22,505 nucleotides of DNA. It comes from a virus. Taxonomy: Duplodnaviria > Heunggongvirae > Uroviricota > Caudoviricetes. This document shows, piece by piece, positions 16,503 through 22,505 of the stretch. Within the stretch, counting starts at the first letter, position 1. Every line of letters starts with the position of its first letter. Position numbers and translations under genes: made by a program. The stretch is from IMG/VR virus record IMGVR_UViG_2585427793_000014, positions 1 through 22,505 of that record; one strand, written 5' to 3'. The notes under the pieces were generated by a model. The model had not been told where the DNA came from. It saw only the letters and a program-made list of their open reading frames with translations, and did not search any database.

Positions 16503-17039
16503 ATGTCATTTATTAAAACTTTTTCCGGGAAGCATTTTTATTATGACAAGATAAATAAAGACGACATCGTGATTAACGATATCGCAGTTTCCCTCTCAAA
16601 TATCTGTCGCTTTGCAGGGCATCTTTCACACTTCTACAGCGTCGCCCAACATGCGGTGCTTTGCAGCCAGCTGGTACCGCAGGAGTTTGCTTTCGAAGCG
16701 TTAATGCATGATGCAACAGAAGCATATTGCCAGGACATCCCCGCGCCACTGAAACGACTTCTTCCTGACTATAAACGGATGGAAGAAAAAATAGACGCCG
16801 TAATCCGTGAGAAATACGGGTTACCTCCTGTTATGAGCACGCCAGTGAAATATGCCGATCTCATTATGCTGGCAACCGAACGCCGCGATCTCGGGCTTGA
16901 TGATGGCTCTTTCTGGCCTGTACTGGAAGGCATCCCGGCAACAGAGATGTTCAAAGTTATTCCACTGTCACCAGGCCATGCCTACGGGATGTTTATGGAA
17001 CGTTTTAACGAGTTATCGGAATTACGCAAATGTGCATAA
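16503..17039 (+). CDS. HD-domain phosphohydrolase, YfdR-like (178 aa)
   Basis: H...HD metal-binding signature (VAQHAVLCSQL ... LMHDATEAY...D); GGAG ribosome-binding site 6 nt upstream of ATG 16503. Size matches K-12 YfdR. Confidence 0.8.
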   Translation: MSFIKTFSGKHFYYDKINKDDIVINDIAVSLSNICRFAGHLSHFYSVAQHAVLCSQLVPQEFAFEALMHDATEAYCQDIPAPLKRLLPDYKRMEEKIDAVIREKYGLPPVMSTPVKYADLIMLATERRDLGLDDGSFWPVLEGIPATEMFKVIPLSPGHAYGMFMERFNELSELRKCA

Positions 17040-17908
17040 CTCATGTAGTTAGTTTTTCTGGCGGGAAAACATCTGCATATCTTGTTCACCTGATGGAAGA
17101 ACAAAGAAAGACTGGAAATAACGTCTGCTACATCTTTATGGATACCGGTTGCGAACATCCGCTGACATACCGCTTTATTCGGGAGGTTGTGAAGTTCTGG
17201 GGCATACCGCTAACTGTGTTGCAGGTCGATATAAATCCAGAGCTTGGGCAGCCAAATGGTTATACGGAATGGGAACCAAAGGATATTCAGACACGAATGC
17301 CGGTGCTTAAACCGTTTATGGACATGGTAAAAAAATATGGCACGCCATACATCGGCGGCGCGTTCTGCACTGACAGATTAAAACTCACCCCCTTCACAAA
17401 ATACTGCGATGACCATTTCGGACGAGGGAATTACATCACATGGCTGGGTATTCGTGCAGACGAACCTCGTAGGCTGAAACCGAAATCGGGCGTCCGGTAT
17501 CTTGCCGAGCTATCTGATTTTGATAAGTCGGATGTTATCCGGTGGTGGCATAAACAACCTTTTGATTTGCAAATCCCGGAGCACCTCGGGAACTGTGTTT
17601 TCTGCATCAAAAAGTCCACGCAAAAGCTGGGGCTTGCATGTAAAGACGAACCTGGTCTGATGCGAGTTTTTAATGAGCTGGTTACAGGTAAACACGTCCG
17701 GGATGGTCACCGAAAGACAAATAAAGACGTTATGTACCGTGGTCATCTGAGCCTTGACGGGATTGCCAGAATGTATGCCGACAGCGACTACAGAAATTTG
17801 TATCAGGCGATGGTGCAAGCCAGGCGATTCGATACCGGCTCGTGTTCAGAGTCATGTGAAATCTGGGGGGATCAATTGGAATTGAAATTCGAAGAGGTGG
17901 TGGCATGA
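17030..17908 (+). CDS. PAPS-reductase-like PP-loop ATP-pyrophosphatase family protein
   Basis: N-terminal VVSFSGGKTSAYLVHL PP-loop (SGGKDS-type) motif and FMDTGCEHPLTYRF, characteristic of the phosphoadenosine phosphosulfate reductase family; C-terminal Cys cluster (CSESCEIW). Overlaps the upstream gene by 10 nt. Confidence 0.8.
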   Translation: MCITHVVSFSGGKTSAYLVHLMEEQRKTGNNVCYIFMDTGCEHPLTYRFIREVVKFWGIPLTVLQVDINPELGQPNGYTEWEPKDIQTRMPVLKPFMDMVKKYGTPYIGGAFCTDRLKLTPFTKYCDDHFGRGNYITWLGIRADEPRRLKPKSGVRYLAELSDFDKSDVIRWWHKQPFDLQIPEHLGNCVFCIKKSTQKLGLACKDEPGLMRVFNELVTGKHVRDGHRKTNKDVMYRGHLSLDGIARMYADSDYRNLYQAMVQARRFDTGSCSESCEIWGDQLELKFEEVVA

Positions 17909-18108
17909 CAATCGTAAAAACCCATACCGGCATTGTGATCACCAAAGACGGCCCGCAGGTAAAAAAACTTCACCAGACAGAGCGGATGTGGGTCGTCGGC
18001 AAAAACGAGTTTTACCACAAAGAAACCGGACGCCGCCACTTTGCAGAAAATACGCGCCGCCGACTACTGATCGACACCATCAAGCCTATCGAGGTGAAGC
18101 ATGTTTAA
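17905..18108 (+). CDS. Hypothetical 67-aa protein
   Basis: ATGA overlap with the upstream stop suggests translational coupling in the operon. No family recognised. Confidence 0.4.
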   Translation: MTIVKTHTGIVITKDGPQVKKLHQTERMWVVGKNEFYHKETGRRHFAENTRRRLLIDTIKPIEVKHV

Positions 18109-18340
18109 ACAGAACGAAAAATCTATCGCTCAAATTGCTGAGTATATCCCGCGTGCGTGCCGGGGTATGCAGTTGCAGGAAGCCAAAGCGCGCCTGGAGA
18201 AAAAAATTGCGCTCTATATCGATGACGGCTGTGATGCTGCCGTTCTTAACGCAGCGTTCGCGCCAGCTCTTAACAGTCATACGCGGGAGTCTTTTTTTTC
18301 GCGCATCGCAGCGCAGATCCGCAAAGGAGGCAGCCAGTGA
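18101..18340 (+). CDS. Hypothetical 79-aa protein
   Basis: Overlaps both neighbouring genes in the same operon. No family recognised. Confidence 0.4.
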   Translation: MFKQNEKSIAQIAEYIPRACRGMQLQEAKARLEKKIALYIDDGCDAAVLNAAFAPALNSHTRESFFSRIAAQIRKGGSQ

Positions 18341-18981
18341 GTAACCGTTTTTACATGATGTGCTCGCGTGAAACTGTGGGTAATAACGCTTCATTCCATT
18401 GCCATAACGGCAATGGTTACAGTTCTGATATCGATCGCGCTCATGTTTACACGCTGGAAGAAGCCCAAAAAGCCTGGAATTGTGGGCGAGATATAGATCA
18501 GCCTGTTTGTGCCGATAGTGTGGATACAATGGCAGTGTGGCACGTTGATTGCCAGTACATCCCTACAGAAAACCTGATTGAGCCAGATTGCACTGCGTAT
18601 GTGGCCTACAAAAAAGGTAGCTGGAACGGCAACGATGTTTACTGGCTTCAACACGGTGGATTGCCAACAGATGACTTCAGTAAAGCGACCATCTTTAGCG
18701 TCGCCAACAAAAACGAACCAGGAATAGTTTGGTTGCCATTTTCCATTGCTGATGCAGCAAAGCGCCGGACGTTCAATATCAATAACTTTAACCGCAGAAC
18801 AATGGTTCAGGGCGCAGGTTTGGTCATGCCTGACTGGTTGAAAGAGCAGAACAGAAGAAAGAAGTCGCGAAGCGGGAAGGTGCGTTGGAATTGTCCGCAT
18901 TGCGGAAAAATAACCTGGCAGTACAGCCCATATGATTTTGAAGGCTGTAGTGATTACAACTGTGAAGGATGGCGAGAATGA
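18337..18981 (+). CDS. Hypothetical 214-aa protein with C-terminal zinc-ribbon-like motif
   Basis: Cys-rich regions (FHCHNGNGY; WNCPHCGK...CSDYNCEGW). Overlaps both neighbours in the operon. Confidence 0.5.
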   Translation: MSNRFYMMCSRETVGNNASFHCHNGNGYSSDIDRAHVYTLEEAQKAWNCGRDIDQPVCADSVDTMAVWHVDCQYIPTENLIEPDCTAYVAYKKGSWNGNDVYWLQHGGLPTDDFSKATIFSVANKNEPGIVWLPFSIADAAKRRTFNINNFNRRTMVQGAGLVMPDWLKEQNRRKKSRSGKVRWNCPHCGKITWQYSPYDFEGCSDYNCEGWRE

Positions 18982-19577
18982 CAATTGACTATCAGGCACT
19001 GCGTGAAAAGGCAGAGAAAGCAACGAGTGGTGTGTGGTCGCTCGAATATGGAGAGGGCCGATTTGATGGTGATGATGCACTAATTCATCGCGAGGCTGCT
19101 GGATATATTCCCATTTGCAGAATTGAAGGAGCGCATCCAGAAAGCGGTTTCGATGAAGATTTCCAAATGGAACAGCAGGCCAATGCTGAATTCATCGCCG
19201 CAGCCAATCCGGCTACCGTCTTGGCGCTGCTGGATGAACGGGAAAGGAACCAGCAATACATAAAACGCCGCGACCAGGAGAACGAGGATATTGCGCTAAC
19301 GGTAGGGAAGTTGCGCGTTGAGCTTGAGGAAGCAAAATCAAAACTCAACGAGCAGCGTGAGTATTACGAAGGTGTTATCTCTGATGGGTGCAAGCGTATT
19401 GCTGAACTGGAAGCGCGGGAAGTTCAATTACCGACTCGCTACGACCTTCGATATGGACACCCGATAAATGCAGATGAGCGACAAGTCATGATACCTAAAG
19501 AAAATGGCAGTTGGCTTTACCTGATTGACCTAGAACACGCATTACGCGTCGCTGACATTCGCATCAAAGGAGAGTGA
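18978..19577 (+). CDS. Ead/Ea22-like protein
   Basis: MTIDYQALREKAEKATSGVWSL... N-terminus and a central coiled-coil region, as in Ea22-like prophage proteins (recalled). ATG 18978 overlaps the upstream stop (ATGA) and has a GAAGG ribosome-binding site 9 nt upstream. Confidence 0.55.
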   Translation: MTIDYQALREKAEKATSGVWSLEYGEGRFDGDDALIHREAAGYIPICRIEGAHPESGFDEDFQMEQQANAEFIAAANPATVLALLDERERNQQYIKRRDQENEDIALTVGKLRVELEEAKSKLNEQREYYEGVISDGCKRIAELEAREVQLPTRYDLRYGHPINADERQVMIPKENGSWLYLIDLEHALRVADIRIKGE

Positions 19578-19578
19578 T

Positions 19579-19842
19579 ATGGCAACTTTGACAAAAAAAG
19601 AACAAGCATGGTTGAGCGAATTACAGGACGTTCTTGATCGCTGCCCATCACCGAAAAAAATTGGTTTTTACACCATTGGCGATAAAAGCATTTACCTGTA
19701 TGACCTGCGCCGCATGGATGAAATCATGGAGGCTCTTGATAATCGTTCGTCAATGGATTGGTGTGTTGCTGTCCATGATATGAATGCCGGATTTGAAGAA
19801 AAGATTTTGTTCCCCTCGTCAGTTGAAAGCACAGCGGGTTAA
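19579..19842 (+). CDS. Hypothetical 87-aa protein
   Basis: Starts 2 nt after the upstream stop. No family recognised. Confidence 0.45.
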   Translation: MATLTKKEQAWLSELQDVLDRCPSPKKIGFYTIGDKSIYLYDLRRMDEIMEALDNRSSMDWCVAVHDMNAGFEEKILFPSSVESTAG

Positions 19843-19852
19843 GGAGTAACAC

Positions 19853-20596
19853 ATGACCACTATTACCAAAGAGCGACTGCTGACAATCAAGCAGTGGCGC
19901 GAAACATACGGACCTGGTAGCAACGTTGTACTGCCAGCAGAAGAAGCGGAAGAACTGGCACGGATTGCACTGGCATCGTTGGAAGCAAAACCAATAGGTG
20001 CATTCCACATTGCAGAACAGCAAGTTGACGGCACAAGTGACTACCTCAAGGATGGAGAATGGCCTATTGATAATGGAATTATTGAGGTCTACGCCGCTCC
20101 CCCCGTTCCAGTAGTACCGGAAGAAAAACCAATGCCTAACGCTCTAAGCATGCTTGAAAGAGAGATCACACAACTGATTGGTGATGCGCAGGAAGCCACT
20201 GTTACTGGCTATGAGTTAATCGCTGAAGCTTGGCGTTTGATGGATGGACAAGACCCTAAAACCAGCGATTGGCATAGCAAGGCTTCGAAGTATTTAAATT
20301 CCAATATTGTAGAAAAAGTTGATGATGACCGTATTGAGGCTGTTAAGGCTGTTTTGCGCAGACTGGCTGTCAACTATCCGGTAACTCCGGATGGTTGGAT
20401 AAGCTGTAGTGAGCGAATGCCAGATGATGGTCAGCACGTAATTATTTTATGTGATGGCGCATTCGTTCTTTATGCGCAATATCGAGACGGAGAGTTTTTC
20501 GATATTGTCCGCAATGGTGATGAATATTTCGAAACACAGAGTCGCAATGTAACCGACTGGATGCGGCTACCGGAACCGCCGCAGGAGGTGAAGTGA
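19853..20596 (+). CDS. DUF551-domain protein (247 aa)
   Basis: C-terminal ...DGWISCSERMPDDGQHVIIL...YAQYRDGEF matches the DUF551 pattern common in enterobacterial prophages (recalled). Confidence 0.55.
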   Translation: MTTITKERLLTIKQWRETYGPGSNVVLPAEEAEELARIALASLEAKPIGAFHIAEQQVDGTSDYLKDGEWPIDNGIIEVYAAPPVPVVPEEKPMPNALSMLEREITQLIGDAQEATVTGYELIAEAWRLMDGQDPKTSDWHSKASKYLNSNIVEKVDDDRIEAVKAVLRRLAVNYPVTPDGWISCSERMPDDGQHVIILCDGAFVLYAQYRDGEFFDIVRNGDEYFETQSRNVTDWMRLPEPPQEVK

Positions 20597-21168
20597 TGAA
20601 CAACTTAATGATCGATCTTGAGACGATGGGGAAAAATAAGGATGCACCGATCGTTTCCATTGGCGCGGTGTTCTTCACTCCAGAAACCGGAGACATCGGA
20701 CAAGAATTCTATGCGGTTGTCAGCCTAGACAGTGCTATGAAGCAAGGAGCTACACCTGACGGCGATACCATCCTGTGGTGGTTGAAACAAAGCCCTGAAG
20801 CGCGAGCTGCAATCTGTATTGATGATACTTTGTCGATCAGCGATGCTCTCTCAGAACTAAACCATTTCATTAACCGGCACGCAGACAATACGAAATATTT
20901 AAAAGTCTGGGGTAACGGGGCCACCTTCGACAACGTAATTTTACGTGGAGCTTATGAGCGAGCAGGACAAATTTGCCCGTGGGCATACTGGAATGACCAC
21001 GATGTACGCACGATCGTTACGCTTGGGCGTTCCATCGGATTCGACCCCAAAATGGACATGCCTTTCGATGGCGAACGGCACAACGCCCTGGCCGATGCCC
21101 GTCATCAGGCAAAATATGTTTCCGCTATCTGGCAGAAATTAATTCCTGCCACCAGCACAGAATTATGA
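20596..21168 (+). CDS. DnaQ-like (DEDDh) 3'-5' exonuclease
   Basis: Exo motifs MIDLETMG (Exo I), WGNGATFDNVIL (Exo II), HNALADARH (Exo III). GGAGG ribosome-binding site 7 nt upstream of ATG 20596; the track ORF begins at GTG 20593. Confidence 0.8.
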   Translation: MNNLMIDLETMGKNKDAPIVSIGAVFFTPETGDIGQEFYAVVSLDSAMKQGATPDGDTILWWLKQSPEARAAICIDDTLSISDALSELNHFINRHADNTKYLKVWGNGATFDNVILRGAYERAGQICPWAYWNDHDVRTIVTLGRSIGFDPKMDMPFDGERHNALADARHQAKYVSAIWQKLIPATSTEL

Positions 21169-21204
21169 TTTTCCCGGGTGCAGCCGGTTTTGATGGAGAA
21201 AATT

Positions 21205-21477
21205 ATGAACACCTTGTTTTTACTGATGGCTGAATTCAATACCCCAAACATTGAACTCTCAGCAGTTAGCCAAAAGTACTTTGGCATGAGTCCAGCCACG
21301 GCAGAAGCAAAAGCAAACGCTTGTAAGTTGCCCGTTCCAACATATCGCATCGGCACATCACAAAAAGCAAAACGTTGCATCAATATTCAGGATCTTGCGG
21401 AATACATAGACAAAAGGCGAGAAGAAGGGCGTGCTGAGTGGGAAAGGGTCAGAACCCATAAACAAAGGCTCATTTAA
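21205..21477 (+). CDS. PrtN-family small DNA-binding protein (possible excisionase-like or regulator)
   Basis: MNTLFLLMAEFNTPNIELSAVSQKYFGMSPATAEAKANACKLPVPTYRIGTSQKAKRCINIQDLAEYID resembles the pyocin-activator PrtN family as I recall it. GGAG ribosome-binding site before ATG 21205; last gene of the plus-strand operon. Confidence 0.5.
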   Translation: MNTLFLLMAEFNTPNIELSAVSQKYFGMSPATAEAKANACKLPVPTYRIGTSQKAKRCINIQDLAEYIDKRREEGRAEWERVRTHKQRLI

Positions 21478-21490
21478 ATAGAATATAAAT

Positions 21491-21512
21491 AAACCCATCC
21501 AAAGATGGGTTT
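21491..21512. terminator. Bidirectional intrinsic terminator between convergent genes
   Basis: AAACCCATC-CAAA-GATGGGTTT hairpin flanked by A-rich and T-rich tracts on both sides. Confidence 0.5.
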
Positions 21513-21981
21513 ATTCATAATGTTGAAGAGCAGCGAGTATCAGTTTTTTATGCCGTTTAACCATAGTTTTAGATATCTCAACTGCACATCGAACTTGTCT
21601 CATACAATGATCTGTAATGCGACCTTTTAGCACGTCACCATATTGGATGGCTATTTTCTCTTTAATAATTTCAAGATCGAAAGCAGCATGAGCCTCAATG
21701 CAATTAACAAATGAGTCCCATTTAAGAAAATCATGGTCCTCTCTATTAATTTCGCCCTGAAAAGCCATAAGATCATTGTTTCTCTTAATAAATTCATTTA
21801 TATCTGAATTTATTAGAAGAACTAAAAGAGGTTCACAGCAAACAACCACCATATATTTTACTTTAGGTGGGGTCGTAAAATCACAATGAAGATACAATAC
21901 ATCACCGGGTGATATACCTCTTTCACGACTAAAATTAGCCTTAAAATCAGGAGGGAAACAATCACCCAGCATAAGTATCAA
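21511..21981 (-). CDS. Uncharacterised 156-aa protein, candidate toxin/effector partner of the Panacea-domain protein
   Basis: AT-rich ORF whose start overlaps the upstream Panacea gene stop by 4 nt (ATGA). No family recognised. Confidence 0.4.
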   Translation of the reverse strand: MILMLGDCFPPDFKANFSRERGISPGDVLYLHCDFTTPPKVKYMVVVCCEPLLVLLINSDINEFIKRNNDLMAFQGEINREDHDFLKWDSFVNCIEAHAAFDLEIIKEKIAIQYGDVLKGRITDHCMRQVRCAVEISKTMVKRHKKLILAALQHYE

Positions 21982-22505
21982 TATCCGTTCTTCAGATAAT
22001 CCAGTATTAATTTGCTATTTTTTAGCTGTGCAACTATCGATTCCAAAGACATCTCACCATTGTGATCTGCCTGTTCCCATGCCGCGTCATGGCTCATGGT
22101 TCTGATAGCTTCAAAGGACATGTTTCCAAGCATCGCGATAGACTTATCAATACACTCTAAATCTGAGTCACTAAAAAAGTCTTCATCAGCTTCACGGCTC
22201 GGCACAATCGTCATACCTGATACAGAAAATGCTTTTCGCACAGAATCGACATCACAACCATTAGGAATGTAACGTCCATCTCCACGAGCAATTTTTATAA
22301 TATCGTATGTGTTGCTTGCTACAGGCCCATCCTTCATAGCGTTATAGTGATCGCCCGTTATGAGGCGTCCAAAACTTTCAAGGTGAAACCTGTCAGCATA
22401 ATAAAGAATTTTTCCGACATGATAGATATCTGGGATCGGTGCTTTAGAGGCGACGTACAGAATGGCCTCTAAAGCCTTTTCTGAATCAAACCTTACATTT
22501 AGCAT
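21978..22505 (-). CDS. Panacea-domain (DUF4065 / GepA / SocA-like) protein, candidate antitoxin (PanA-like)
   Basis: ...GKILYYADRFHLESFGRLITGDHYNAMKDGPVASNTYD... matches the Panacea core as I recall it (KLLYYA...G.P.....A...GPV). ATG sits exactly at the window edge, so the true start may lie beyond the window. Confidence 0.55.
   Translation of the reverse strand: MLNVRFDSEKALEAILYVASKAPIPDIYHVGKILYYADRFHLESFGRLITGDHYNAMKDGPVASNTYDIIKIARGDGRYIPNGCDVDSVRKAFSVSGMTIVPSREADEDFFSDSDLECIDKSIAMLGNMSFEAIRTMSHDAAWEQADHNGEMSLESIVAQLKNSKLILDYLKNGY

Noticed and set aside
18391-19080. 229-aa minus-strand ORF beginning MHHHHQ...
   Set aside because: Antisense to tightly coupled plus-strand operon genes, with low-complexity composition; a shadow ORF.
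1-22505. CRISPR arrays, tRNA/rRNA genes, IS elements or transposases, integrase/att sites
   Set aside because: No regularly spaced repeat-spacer array, no tRNA-like cloverleaf candidates, and no transposase- or integrase-like ORFs were seen by eye; the integrase and att sites presumably lie outside the window.

Overview
The window is about 22.5 kb of an enterobacterial (E. coli-like) lambdoid prophage, read right-to-left relative to the classical lambda map. From position 1 upward it carries, in order: (1) the start of the lambda terminase large subunit A and Nu1 on the minus strand with a lambda-type cos site (cosN at 1316-1327); (2) AT-rich morons, including a KilA-N protein; (3) a phage-21-type lysis cassette (pinholin S with dual start, SAR endolysin R, Rz with embedded Rz1); (4) an OmpC/NmpC-family porin moron in antisense orientation; (5) a QuuD-like Q antiterminator and a nin-like region (HNH-motif protein, KilA-N protein, RusA, LexA-DNA-binding-domain-only protein, Dam-type methyltransferase, PerC/YfdN-like protein); (6) an O-like replication initiator with origin iterons inside the gene, Rha-domain and CII-like genes; (7) a Cro-like / cI (S24 peptidase) immunity switch with operator palindromes; (8) a PL-like promoter followed by about 590 bp of structured non-coding leader with no N gene; (9) an early-left operon resembling the CPS-53 yfdP-Q-R cluster (DUF2303, HD-domain, PAPS-reductase-like, Ea22-like, DUF551, DnaQ-like exonuclease, PrtN-like); and (10) at the right edge an AT-rich two-gene module, a Panacea-domain protein plus an unrecognised 156-aa partner, which is the best candidate here for an undescribed toxin-antitoxin or abortive-infection system. 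All calls come from reading the translations and DNA by eye and from recalled protein families; no database search was run, and family names marked as recalled are tentative.
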